A DNA stretch of 64,000 bases from Candidatus Kaiserbacteria bacterium RIFCSPHIGHO2_01_FULL_53_29 (GCA_001781125.1 MFKT01000009.1:10712-74711), one strand, 5' to 3'; positions 1 through 8,824 are shown, counted from the first letter of the stretch. Numbers and translations are program-made. The notes: generated from the letters alone by a model not told the origin.

Positions 1-2
1 AA

Positions 3-548
3 GTCGACGAATTTGTGGTCCACAATGTCCACCGCTTTGCGGTCAACGGCAGACTGCACCACCAAGTCTGAAATGGCTTTTATAGGGAGTGTTAATCCTT
101 CCACCTGTGCGATACCAACCACCTCGACACCGAGCACTTTATGCTTGGGTGGGCGCTCGAGATAGAAAGAAACGGCCCGTAGATATTCCTGCTCCATAGA
201 ATCGCGCTTTTTCCTTTTGGCGAGCCGCGACTTCGCTTTACCGAAATTGATCTCAAAATCCCCGACAGAGCGCATATGCTCGAGGCCGAGCTCGATCGCT
301 CCATCTTTCGCGATACCGCCGTAAAAGTGCTGCAAGGCGACATGCGCAGCCCTGCCCACGACCGCTGAAGGATTGGTGGGCGTATCGTAGACTTTCTCGA
401 CATATCGCTTGTACCACGCAAGCGGATTGCGCAAAAATGACATGAGCGATGAGTGGCTCCAATACGCAATAGGAACTCGTCTATCTGCCTTTCTCCGGCT
501 TTTGTGACCTTTTTTAGGGGAACCGGAAGACTCGGAATTTACCTTCAT
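3..548 (-). CDS. PD-(D/E)XK nuclease family protein (RecB/AddB-like), 3' end runs off the window
   Basis: Not in the ORF track because no stop lies in the window. Manual translation from ATG 548 gives MKVNSESS...YWSHSSLMSFLRNPLAWYKRYVEK...AVVGRAAHVALQHFY...PIKAISDLVV...VDIVDHK. The S-x-S, G-x3-H, D and D-x-K motifs are typical of PDDEXK_1. Confidence 0.75.
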   Translation of the reverse strand, partial: MKVNSESSGSPKKGHKSRRKADRRVPIAYWSHSSLMSFLRNPLAWYKRYVEKVYDTPTNPSAVVGRAAHVALQHFYGGIAKDGAIELGLEHMRSVGDFEINFGKAKSRLAKRKKRDSMEQEYLRAVSFYLERPPKHKVLGVEVVGIAQVEGLTLPIKAISDLVVQSAVDRKAVDIVDHKFVD

Positions 549-567
549 ACGGGGATTTTATCACCAT

Positions 568-596
568 TTGACACATATGCATAGAGGTGGTATAAT
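568..596 (+). promoter_or_regulatory. Consensus sigma70 promoter
   Basis: TTGACA-17 nt-TATAAT upstream of ORF 657. Confidence 0.8.
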
Positions 597-656
597 AAAA
601 GCTGTTCATAGCGGAATCACCTCTTCAACATCAACCTCGAACCTTGCCTGGAGGGC

Positions 657-1208
657 ATGACAATGATGCGACTCGTAACGCTACGCACTCTTTGCTACGT
701 CTTCGCTATCGCAACCCTCGGTGTCTTCTGGTACTGGGTCAACACCCAGCTCGTTAATGACCTGCTCAATGGCGCCGAAAGCTCTGCCAAGGTACTCGCC
801 AAGTTCGTCGCGCGCCAGTTCGGCATCGGCCAGTACAAGACCGAGGCTATCGTGGTCGGGAAGATGCATATCGACCGTACGCTCCTGATCGCATCGCTTA
901 TGCTCGCATGGGCCATGGCGATCGAGTTCATCTTCCGGGAATTCTTCGGCAGGAACACGTGGAGGACGGTATTGGCAATCGTCGTCGTCCACAGCGCCCT
1001 TATCGCCATCTGGTTGCAGTGGACCCCGCAGACCGAAGCGTGGTACGCGGTGCACGCCGATTTGCTGAAGGCAACGTTCAGGTACTTCCGCTGGGACAAA
1101 GCGGAAACTCTGTTCCTGAACCTGCTCAAGATCCAGAGCATCCTCGTACTGGGAGAGGCCTTCTTGGTCTATTTCCTGCTCACCTCGAGGATAGGTCGGC
1201 GGCGGTAG
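657..1208 (+). CDS. Hypothetical multi-pass membrane protein
   Basis: GGAGG RBS, about 4 hydrophobic segments, own promoter. Confidence 0.7.
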   Translation: MTMMRLVTLRTLCYVFAIATLGVFWYWVNTQLVNDLLNGAESSAKVLAKFVARQFGIGQYKTEAIVVGKMHIDRTLLIASLMLAWAMAIEFIFREFFGRNTWRTVLAIVVVHSALIAIWLQWTPQTEAWYAVHADLLKATFRYFRWDKAETLFLNLLKIQSILVLGEAFLVYFLLTSRIGRRR

Positions 1209-1328
1209 TACCGGCGCCGACAAAAAAGACGAACTCCGCTCGCTCTTTTCTTCAAGACTTCGACCGTGCCCCCGCGCACGGTCGATTTTTTTTGGACAAA
1301 CCCGAGGAGAAAATATACGATGCTCTCC

Positions 1329-1553
1329 ATGCACATCAAGGTCCGTGTGAAGACTGGCGCCAAGAACGAGAGCGTGCGAAAAGCCTCTGATATTCATTTT
1401 GAGATCTCTGTGCGCGAAAAGCCCGAAAATAACCTCGCCAATCGTCGAGTCATCGCCCTCGTCGCTATGCACCTCGGCGTTCCCGCTGTGAAAGTTCGTA
1501 TCATCAAGGGCCACCATCAACCCTCTAAAATGCTTTCTGTTGGTTTACAGTGA
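1329..1553 (+). CDS. DUF167/YggU family protein
   Basis: IKVRVKTGAK...ISVREKPENNLAN...VRIIKGHHQPSK. The ATG is 7 nt after the -10 box of repeat copy 1. Confidence 0.85.
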   Translation: MHIKVRVKTGAKNESVRKASDIHFEISVREKPENNLANRRVIALVAMHLGVPAVKVRIIKGHHQPSKMLSVGLQ

Positions 1554-1565
1554 TTGGGGAAATCG

Positions 1566-1882
1566 TTATATGCTTATTCGCGCGAATTAGAACATAGCGC
1601 TTACTGCCTTGAGGATCGCGGGAGAATCTGGCGCAATGCGGTAAAACATATTCAAGCTGCGCTGTTCTTTCTCTACAAATCCGGCTCGCTCGAGCATCGT
1701 CAGGTGTTTTGAGGTAGATGTAAAAGACAGGCGTATTACCTCGGAAATCTCGCTAACGTTTGCTTCTTTCCTTTTCCCCAATACGTTCAAGATCGCAAGT
1801 CGCCGACGATTTGCCAAAGCTTTCAGAAGCCGTTCCCCTTCCGCCTCTTTCATGCATGCATTATATGCTTATTCGCGCGAAT
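1566..1882. repeat. 22-bp perfect direct repeat flanking the ArsR gene
   Basis: TTATATGCTTATTCGCGCGAAT at 1566-1587 and 1861-1882; contains the palindrome ATTCGCGCGAAT. Confidence 0.9.
1587..1853 (-). CDS. ArsR/SmtB family transcriptional regulator
   Basis: LKALANRRRLAIL...VSEISE...SKHLTMLERAGFV winged HTH. Confidence 0.9.
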   Translation of the reverse strand: MKEAEGERLLKALANRRRLAILNVLGKRKEANVSEISEVIRLSFTSTSKHLTMLERAGFVEKEQRSLNMFYRIAPDSPAILKAVSAMF

Positions 1883-1940
1883 AAGAATATAGATGTGGGG
1901 ATGATTTTGGATAAACGCGATATGGGGGTATAATCGACCC

Positions 1941-2060
1941 ATGGCAAAAAGAGCAAGTACGGATATTAAAAACAAGAAGTCGCGTTCCAAAAAAACAAAG
2001 AAACGCCTTGAGGCCAAGCGGGTAATGCTCGCCGCCCGCGCCCAAAAAAAGCGCAGATAA
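1941..2060 (+). CDS. 39-aa highly basic small protein
   Basis: MAKRASTDIKNKKSRSKKTKKRLEAKRVMLAARAQKKRR*. The ATG is 6 nt after TATAAT. Below the ORF-track cutoff. Confidence 0.65.
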   Translation: MAKRASTDIKNKKSRSKKTKKRLEAKRVMLAARAQKKRR

Positions 2061-2121
2061 GATAGGTTCGTCTGGCTTTGGACAAACCCGAGGCGGGGGT
2101 ATAGGATTCTCGCGGACTGGC

Positions 2122-2514
2122 ATGGGGCGGACCCAAAGCCAGCGAAAGGAGCACATCGTGAGAAAACTCAAACCCCTTGATACGAGCACGACCATCGAGC
2201 TTGCCCGTGCTGCGCTTGCCGCGTATTTCGACGATCATTGGCCCGAGGCCAAACCGACGAGGTGCAACCCAGGCGTCGCGATGAATCACCGGGTATTCCT
2301 GGACACACGGGTCATGGAGGTGGCCCGGGCAGCGGACATCCGTCATGCGCTCGAGGTGAAAATCCCCGAGTATCTCAAGCACCAACGCTACGGCGACGCG
2401 CGGGACGCCCTCCAGAGGACGATCGGCGGTATCCGCATTGCCGGATTCATCGCCGAATTCAACATGGACCAGCTTCTGATCAAAGCGGTCGGAGAAGAAA
2501 AGAAGGTGGCCTAG
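2122..2514 (+). CDS. Hypothetical protein (cassette)
   Basis: ORF follows repeat copy 2077; start codon uncertain. Confidence 0.6.
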   Translation: MGRTQSQRKEHIVRKLKPLDTSTTIELARAALAAYFDDHWPEAKPTRCNPGVAMNHRVFLDTRVMEVARAADIRHALEVKIPEYLKHQRYGDARDALQRTIGGIRIAGFIAEFNMDQLLIKAVGEEKKVA

Positions 2515-2640
2515 TCCGATTCACCAAAAAACACTGAAAGAGCCCGAGCCTAGGAGGACTCGGAGCAAACAAGGCGGCCGGCCCTTTCCGGCCGCTCGTC
2601 TTTTTTGGACAAACCCGAGGCGGGGGTATAGCATTCGAGG

Positions 2641-2943
2641 ATGATAGAGACGCTGCGGGAAAATCCGAAGGAAGTATTTAAGAAGGGTGATCTCGTAAAA
2701 TTCAAGGAAGGCATCGATCTCACGGCGTTCGGGAGCGAGTTTCAAGCAGCAACCGCATATCGAGTCCTGCATTTTGAACATCACGACGACGAAGGTGGGG
2801 ATGCTGTATGGATCGGTCCGAATGACATGTCTCCACAGGATGTGGAGGACTTTCAACCAGAACTCGCAGTAGAACTACGACAAGAGAAATACAAAAGGGT
2901 CTTCCCTGTCGCAACTGCGCATTTAAGAAAGGTATTGAACTGA
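2641..2943 (+). CDS. Hypothetical protein, paralog of 3918..4208 (KOW/SH3-like start)
   Basis: Leaderless ATG after repeat 2604; FKKGDLVKFK; stop codon abuts the next repeat. Confidence 0.75.
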   Translation: MIETLRENPKEVFKKGDLVKFKEGIDLTAFGSEFQAATAYRVLHFEHHDDEGGDAVWIGPNDMSPQDVEDFQPELAVELRQEKYKRVFPVATAHLRKVLN

Positions 2944-3020
2944 TTTGGACAAACCTGCGGCGGGGGTATAGGATTCCGACGGTCTTGTTCTGACCAAGGA
3001 TCTAAAGCAGGAGGAAAGCC

Positions 3021-3530
3021 ATGCGATTGCTTCGCAGTGCTGTGGCTTTCTGCCGCAGTGTTCTTAACTACATCGAGATCGTCTTCAACTGGAAATTGGC
3101 CTTCCAGTCAGCAATCGTCAACGGCCCGTTCGTTCTCTTGATCAACTTGGGCCACGGATGGGTCGCACTATCTGCAGGAGGCGGCCAAGCAATTCTGTCC
3201 GGTATCTTTACCGGGCTTACATCGCGTGTGGCGCAGCACTTTGCAGAAAGAATAAGAACGCCTGTGCTGGCGTATTTCTGCGGGAGTGGGGTTCCAATGC
3301 TAATGATGTTGGGCTTGAGCGCCGGCATGCATTGGTACATCATCAAGACCCCAGAGCTCCTCGCAAGTTGCGCACTGCCGACCTTCTTCACTGGCTGCTC
3401 GACTCTGTTCCTCACATTCGTGACCCGCAACCTCGCATCGTGGCCAAACTCGCTACGGTGGCAACGGTTCACGAAATGGTTCATCAAATACGCCTTGGTG
3501 AATCGCCGCGACGAGGGGAGAGACAACTAA
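3021..3530 (+). CDS. Hypothetical membrane protein (cassette)
   Basis: AGGAGG RBS, hydrophobic segments. Confidence 0.7.
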   Translation: MRLLRSAVAFCRSVLNYIEIVFNWKLAFQSAIVNGPFVLLINLGHGWVALSAGGGQAILSGIFTGLTSRVAQHFAERIRTPVLAYFCGSGVPMLMMLGLSAGMHWYIIKTPELLASCALPTFFTGCSTLFLTFVTRNLASWPNSLRWQRFTKWFIKYALVNRRDEGRDN

Positions 3531-3633
3531 TACGACCGGGCCTACCCTTCGCGGAGCCCAGCCGTTCGATTTGGACAAATTGGCTTATACGAGTAGCATG
3601 GCCGGCAGCTTGCATCGTTTTGGAGAAAACGAC

Positions 3634-3834
3634 ATGAAAGTGCTGTGGTTCTTACGGGTCGCAGTCGCGGTCGTCTTCATCGTCTTGGCGGTGAACTCGG
3701 CCTACTTCGCGATCAACTTTGTGATCCTCGCGCCCCTGCCGGCACAGAAGGTCGTCGGCGGCATCTTCTTCGGTGTCTTAGCCCTATGTCTCCTCGCCGC
3801 TGTCATTGAAGTGACGCCGAAGGACGATCCATGA
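3634..3834 (+). CDS. Small 2-TM protein (cassette)
   Basis: GGAG RBS before ATG 3634; two hydrophobic helices. Confidence 0.65.
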   Translation: MKVLWFLRVAVAVVFIVLAVNSAYFAINFVILAPLPAQKVVGGIFFGVLALCLLAAVIEVTPKDDP

Positions 3835-3917
3835 ACACGGCCGGACTCTTCAGGAGCCCGGTCGTTCGATTTGGACAAAGCGGGGCGGAGAGGTAGCATT
3901 GAAGGTATCCTTCTTCT

Positions 3918-4208
3918 ATGACCGAGAAAATGTCACAGGGTTCGATACCGATGGATCGCAGAGGACAATACGTTATGGGCAGCGGTGATCTAGTGAAGGT
4001 TAAGAGCGAAGAAAAAAGGACATACCGTATAGCAATGATACTTCCACAACCGGATAGGAGTATCAAAATGGTGATCGGTCCTCCCACATTAACGCCGCGA
4101 GATATTGACCTCTTTAAATTGGACTACCCTGCGAGTATACAAGATCCCAGATACAAGGATTGTTTTGAGATCGATGCCTCTCATGTAGATAAAATCCTGG
4201 ATTCTTAA
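3918..4208 (+). CDS. Hypothetical protein, paralog of 2641..2943
   Basis: GDLVK...YRI...IGP...KYK/RYK-x2-F...H-x2-K pattern shared with 2641..2943. Confidence 0.75.
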   Translation: MTEKMSQGSIPMDRRGQYVMGSGDLVKVKSEEKRTYRIAMILPQPDRSIKMVIGPPTLTPRDIDLFKLDYPASIQDPRYKDCFEIDASHVDKILDS

Positions 4209-4210
4209 GC

Positions 4211-4663
4211 GTGCCCTATGGTATGAGGATCCGTTTCATCCACATTCCCCTTCTGCTTCTTTTCATCGCAGCGCTGCACTTTGCCGCGCTTTATTCGGGT
4301 CTCTATGACATGCAGATAGCCGCGGGTTTTGTGTGGTGGGACAACGTTCTCCATGCGCTTGTGGGAGTAGCGTTCGGACTCGGGTGGCTGTGGCTGCTGG
4401 AGAGACTGGGATACGGCACCCGATCGCTAGCTGCAATCATCTCAACGTTCGTATTCGTCCTTTTGATGGCAATAGTGTGGGAAGGAGCCGAATATCTCGC
4501 GCGTCTTTATGTGAGAAGTCTTGCCGAAGGTTTGAAACTCTATTCACCCAATCTCACAGAATCCGGTTCGGACGTCCTCTCCAATATGGTCGGCGTGATT
4601 GCCTTGCTCGCAATCTTCAAGTTCAAAAGGCCCGATTTGGACAAACTCGAGGCGGGGGTATAG
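4211..4663 (+). CDS. Membrane protein, DUF2238/VanZ-like
   Basis: WWDNVLH, WEGAE and DVLSN motifs, 4 TM; the stop codon lies inside repeat 4636. Confidence 0.7.
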   Translation: MPYGMRIRFIHIPLLLLFIAALHFAALYSGLYDMQIAAGFVWWDNVLHALVGVAFGLGWLWLLERLGYGTRSLAAIISTFVFVLLMAIVWEGAEYLARLYVRSLAEGLKLYSPNLTESGSDVLSNMVGVIALLAIFKFKRPDLDKLEAGV

Positions 4664-4698
4664 CATTCGTTTGAATTCTTAGTTAGTTACAAATTTTT

Positions 4699-5244
4699 AT
4701 GCAAAGTGACGAAGAATCAGAACATCAGATTGAAGATTTGGAACAGTTCGACTATTTTAACGCGGCAGAAACGAGAGAGGTTGCAAAGAAGTATGCCCGC
4801 TTTATTGGCATTTTCTTAATAAACTTTTCGGAACTTGAGCACATACTAAATCTGGCCATCGCCGAAATCTTAGGCAATGGAAGAAGTCACGATATCGGAT
4901 ATGTCGTTATTGAACGTCTTTCAACGCAAAACAAAATAGAGCTATTTCATAAAACCTATTCGAGACTGGCTGGTTCATTACAAAAGTCAAAAAATAAAGT
5001 AGATGCTGTTGCGAAAAAATTAAAAGAATTAAATAAATTCAGAAATTCCTTGGTGCATGCAAACTGGCTATCCGTCGACACAAGTGGGTTTGTCAGAACT
5101 AAACTAATAGTCGGTTCTGATGATGGATATGTGAGATTTCGAAAGACCAAAATTACGCCATCAATGATCGCGCGAGAAACCAAAGCGATTCGATCTCTTA
5201 TCCTCGAAATACCCGACTTGTATGAGAAATTCCTTGAGTCTTGA
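4699..5244 (+). CDS. Hypothetical protein, possibly HEPN-like
   Basis: AT-rich ORF; RNSLVH matches R-x4-H. Confidence 0.65.
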   Translation: MQSDEESEHQIEDLEQFDYFNAAETREVAKKYARFIGIFLINFSELEHILNLAIAEILGNGRSHDIGYVVIERLSTQNKIELFHKTYSRLAGSLQKSKNKVDAVAKKLKELNKFRNSLVHANWLSVDTSGFVRTKLIVGSDDGYVRFRKTKITPSMIARETKAIRSLILEIPDLYEKFLES

Positions 5245-5261
5245 TCTTGTGGCTTAGTAGC

Positions 5262-6524
5262 TTAGTAGCTTCGCAGCTGCTTCGCGCGTTCGTGGAAGCG
5301 GATGCGCTCGAGGGCTTTGGCTTCGATTTGGCGGATGCGTTCACGGGTAACGCCGAATTCACGCCCCACCTCCTCCAGTGTGAAGCAAATCCCCTCCTCG
5401 GTGAGACCGTTGCGCATTTCCAATATCTTGCGCTCCTTGGGCGAAAGCTCGTCGAGAATTTCCGTCATCTGCTCATTCAGGATTCTGCGTGAAGCATCCA
5501 TATCGGGACTGGCGATTGTGTCGTCGGCGATGAAGCTGCCCAAGGTCGAGCGCTCGTCGTCATCCTCGCCGACCGGTGACTCCAGCGAGACGGTGTCCTG
5601 ATTGATCTTCTGGATGGTGTAGATCTTCTCTATCTCGATGCCCATCTCCGCGGCAATCTCTTCGGGCAAGGGATCACGGCCGAGGTGCTGGTTGAGCTCG
5701 CGCACTTTTTGCTTGTACTTCGCGATCGTTTCCACCATGTGGACAGGAATGCGGATGGTGCGCGACTGGTCGGCCAGAGCGCGGGTGATGGCCTGGCGGA
5801 TCCACCACGTCGCATAGGTAGAGAACTTGTAGCCCTTCGTGTGGTCGAATTTGTCGACGGCTTTGAAAAGGCCGAGGTTGCCTTCCTGAATGAGGTCGAG
5901 AAGTGTGAGATCAGGGCTACGATTGACGTACTTTTTTGCGATAGAGACGACCAAGCGGAGGTTGGAACGCGCAAGGATGCTGCGAGCCTCTTCGTCGCCT
6001 GTGAGAATACGCTTCGCCAGGTCTTTTTCCTGCTGACCGTTCAAGAGCGGATATTGGCCTATCTCGCGCAGATACATCTGCACCGAATCATAGCCCGCGT
6101 CAGCCCGGCGATTCTGGAGTTTCTTGCTCGCCAAAACGGAATCTGCTGAAGTATCTTCGAGCATACCACCGCCTTCCAAGACATCGATGCCTGCCGTCCC
6201 GAAGAGGTCATACATTCTCTCGAGCAGGACGACGTTGTCCTCGATCGTCGGGAACTCGCGCAAGATCTCATCGTAAGTGATATAGCCGCGCTCTTTGCCC
6301 AGAGTGATGAGCGCATCCACTTTTCCCTGCCGCTTGCCGAGCGATGCATTTCCCCTGGAAGCAGAAACGATCTTCCTACTCCTTCGGACCGGTCTCGCAG
6401 ATTTTCTCTTAGCGTGCGGTCGCTTCTTGCCGGCTGATCGACGTTTGGCAGGACGAACAGCACGCTTCATGGGCCTGCGCATTTTCTTCGTCACTTTCTT
6501 CTTCTTATGTTTCTTCTTTTTCAT
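5262..6524 (-). CDS. rpoD: Primary RNA polymerase sigma70 factor
   Basis: [42 protein letters not shown]; region 1.1 present; basic N-terminal tail. Confidence 0.97.
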   Translation of the reverse strand: MKKKKHKKKKVTKKMRRPMKRAVRPAKRRSAGKKRPHAKRKSARPVRRSRKIVSASRGNASLGKRQGKVDALITLGKERGYITYDEILREFPTIEDNVVLLERMYDLFGTAGIDVLEGGGMLEDTSADSVLASKKLQNRRADAGYDSVQMYLREIGQYPLLNGQQEKDLAKRILTGDEEARSILARSNLRLVVSIAKKYVNRSPDLTLLDLIQEGNLGLFKAVDKFDHTKGYKFSTYATWWIRQAITRALADQSRTIRIPVHMVETIAKYKQKVRELNQHLGRDPLPEEIAAEMGIEIEKIYTIQKINQDTVSLESPVGEDDDERSTLGSFIADDTIASPDMDASRRILNEQMTEILDELSPKERKILEMRNGLTEEGICFTLEEVGREFGVTRERIRQIEAKALERIRFHERAKQLRSY

Positions 6525-6616
6525 ATCCACAAAACTTTCGCGCACAAACCCCTCCTCTTCATGAGGACAGCGGGAATGTGTAGTGTCTTACCGTTTGAGA
6601 GCCTAAACCTTTCTTA

Positions 6617-6646
6617 TCCTCCGAAGGAGGATCCTCCTCTGGAGGA
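6617..6646. repeat. Double-hairpin palindromic element upstream of rpoD
   Basis: TCCTCCGAAGGAGGATCCTCCTCTGGAGGA; relatives at 17217-17246 and 54774-54803. Confidence 0.75.
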
Positions 6647-6691
6647 CAAAAAACACCCCAAAAAGACGGATTGAGACACAAGCGCGTAACT

Positions 6692-8452
6692 CTATACTCT
6701 TTCGTGTATTTGTCCAATCCGAGTTGTCAACAGTTTACACACACCCATGAGTCGGATAACTTCCTCCTCATTACCGAGGTTTTCAGCCTTTTTAAGGGCA
6801 TACGTAGCCTCGTCGAGCTCCGCAGCAAGCAGCTCCCTGAGGATAACGTGAAGAAGCACCTTCGCCTCGCGCAAAGGTGCAGCGCTCTTGCCATAGAGGC
6901 GCTCGGCAGAGAAACGCAAGGCTTCGCGCTCGCTCTCGGAGAGTGTCGTGAGTGAAGCGAAAGCCTCTGCACCCACCGCCTCTTCCAATTCGCGCGCGTA
7001 AGCGGCAACATCTATCGAAGGCTTTTGCAAAGACTGCTGCCAGAGAAGAATTGAAAACGCTTGCCGTGCCCTTCCGAAGCCTTGGGCGAAGGAGGGCTTT
7101 GCCTTGTCCTGATCGCGAACACTATCGTCCATTGCGACGCGCGACGCAGTCGGAACCTTTGCGAGTGTTTCTGCAACAGCAGCTTCGGAGACACCGAGGC
7201 GCGCTGCGATCTCATGTAGGTATTGTTCACGCGCGATCGGCGATTGCACGTCGGAGAGGAACGGCAATACCACTTGTTCGACTGAACGGCGGAAACTATC
7301 GGGCGCTTTCATATGCTCCTCGAGCACATCGAGTAAGAAGGCAATGATGTCTTTTGCATTTCGTATCGCCTTTTTCCACGCCTCGGCACCTTCTTTGAGT
7401 ATGAGGTCGGCGGGATCGAGATCGGTGGGCAATTGCGCGACTTTGACGTTGAGCCCGCCTTGGAGCGCTGCGCGTGCCGCGCGGCCCGCCGCCTTGATAC
7501 CCGCTTCGTCGGCATCGAGTGCAATGACGAGATTGTCTGTCATGCGATGGATGAGTGCGGCGTGCTCCGAAGTGAACGCCGTACCGGATACCGCGACGGT
7601 ATTCCCCCATCCAGCCTGATGTGAAGCCAATAAATCCATTTGTCCCTCCACCAAAACGGCGCAATTGTTCTTGCGGATGGACTGTTTTGCGCGGTCGAAA
7701 CCGTACAAAATGCGGGATTTGTGGAAGAGGGGTGTTTCTGGCGAGTTCATGTATTTAGGCGGCTCAAAGCCACCGTCAGTCTTCGCCGCCTGCCCCGTGG
7801 CCGCAGGCTTTACGGGGAAGATACGGCCCGAAAATCCAACCACGCGACCGGCGGAATCCGCGATTGGGAATATGATGCGGTTGCGGAATTTGTCTGTGAG
7901 ATTGCCCCGTTCGTTTTTCTTGGCCAAACCGGCGTCAAGGATCTCTTTGTCGGTAAACTTTTTTGCCTTTAGATATTCCGACGCTTCGCTCCACGAATCC
8001 CCCGCAAGCCCGAGCCGGAATTCCTGCACGGTGGCATCGCTCATGCCGCGCTCCTTGAGGTACTTCTTCGCAGCGTCAGTAAGGCGTGAAGTATAAAAAA
8101 TGGTCGCGACTTCCATGAGCTCGAACAATCGCGCGCGCTCATCGGTCTTTTCTTTTCCACCACGTTCATACACCAATTCCACTCCCGCCTTCTCCGCAAG
8201 TACTTTCAGCGCCCCCTTAAAATCCAACCCCTCGATAGCTTCGACAAAAGAAAAAATATCCCCGCCGACATTGCACCCAAAACAATGGTACGTGCCTCTG
8301 TCCGGCGACACATGAAATGAAGGCGTGCGCTCAGCATGAAAAGGACATCTCGCGCGCAGGCTTGCCCCCGCACGTTCAAGCTTCACGTATTGCGACACCA
8401 CGTCGACGATCGAGAGTCTATCTTTAATTTGTTGAACAGTATCCCCTGCCAT
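6692..8452 (-). CDS. dnaG: DNA primase
   Basis: CPFH..TPSF..CFGC zinc finger, KYMNSPET, VEGQMD, DADEAG TOPRIM. Confidence 0.97.
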   Translation of the reverse strand: MAGDTVQQIKDRLSIVDVVSQYVKLERAGASLRARCPFHAERTPSFHVSPDRGTYHCFGCNVGGDIFSFVEAIEGLDFKGALKVLAEKAGVELVYERGGKEKTDERARLFELMEVATIFYTSRLTDAAKKYLKERGMSDATVQEFRLGLAGDSWSEASEYLKAKKFTDKEILDAGLAKKNERGNLTDKFRNRIIFPIADSAGRVVGFSGRIFPVKPAATGQAAKTDGGFEPPKYMNSPETPLFHKSRILYGFDRAKQSIRKNNCAVLVEGQMDLLASHQAGWGNTVAVSGTAFTSEHAALIHRMTDNLVIALDADEAGIKAAGRAARAALQGGLNVKVAQLPTDLDPADLILKEGAEAWKKAIRNAKDIIAFLLDVLEEHMKAPDSFRRSVEQVVLPFLSDVQSPIAREQYLHEIAARLGVSEAAVAETLAKVPTASRVAMDDSVRDQDKAKPSFAQGFGRARQAFSILLWQQSLQKPSIDVAAYARELEEAVGAEAFASLTTLSESEREALRFSAERLYGKSAAPLREAKVLLHVILRELLAAELDEATYALKKAENLGNEEEVIRLMGVCKLLTTRIGQIHERV

Positions 8453-8515
8453 GCATCCTATTATGCGCTTTCAGTATAAAAAGTGCGAACGCCGGCTCCT
8501 GCGGGGAGCCGACGT

Positions 8516-8824
8516 TCAATCTCTTTGATGTGCACGCTTCCATTCGCGCACGCCGGCGTTGAAGCCGGAGTCGAAGCAGTGGCCCGTCCATGGGATTTTC
8601 ATAAGGATATCTGGATCATTGGTGCCATTGCGGTTGCGCGTGTGTCGATAGCCGTGCCTCCAGCCTCTGACGGTGTTGCGAAGAACGACCGCGAAAAGTA
8701 GCGCGCATGCGGGGATCAGCTGCCAGAAAGGCGACTGGAAACGGATCAGCAATGCGAGCGCGAGCATGGCCGCAGCACTTGCGACCGTGCTGTTGGCCGT
8801 ACAAATGGACCAGATCTTTCGCAT
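8516..8824 (-). CDS. Hypothetical membrane protein
   Basis: GGAGGTG RBS, 2 TM, followed by a hairpin at about 8487-8517. Confidence 0.55.
   Translation of the reverse strand: MRKIWSICTANSTVASAAAMLALALLIRFQSPFWQLIPACALLFAVVLRNTVRGWRHGYRHTRNRNGTNDPDILMKIPWTGHCFDSGFNAGVREWKRAHQRD

Larger units (their letters stand above)
1291..4666 (+). repeat. Dispersed direct-repeat family (8 copies), promoter-like cassette boundary
   Basis: TTTGGA(C/T)AAA...TAnnAT copies start at 1291, 1906, 2077, 2604, 2944, 3570, 3870 and 4636. The copies at 2077, 2604, 2944 and 4636 are near-identical. Confidence 0.9.

Noticed and set aside
1291-4666. CRISPR array or classical integron
   Set aside because: Intervals are 170-770 bp and contain whole genes. 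There is no cas1, no tyrosine integrase in the window, and no clear attC RYYYAAC/GTTRRRY pairs.
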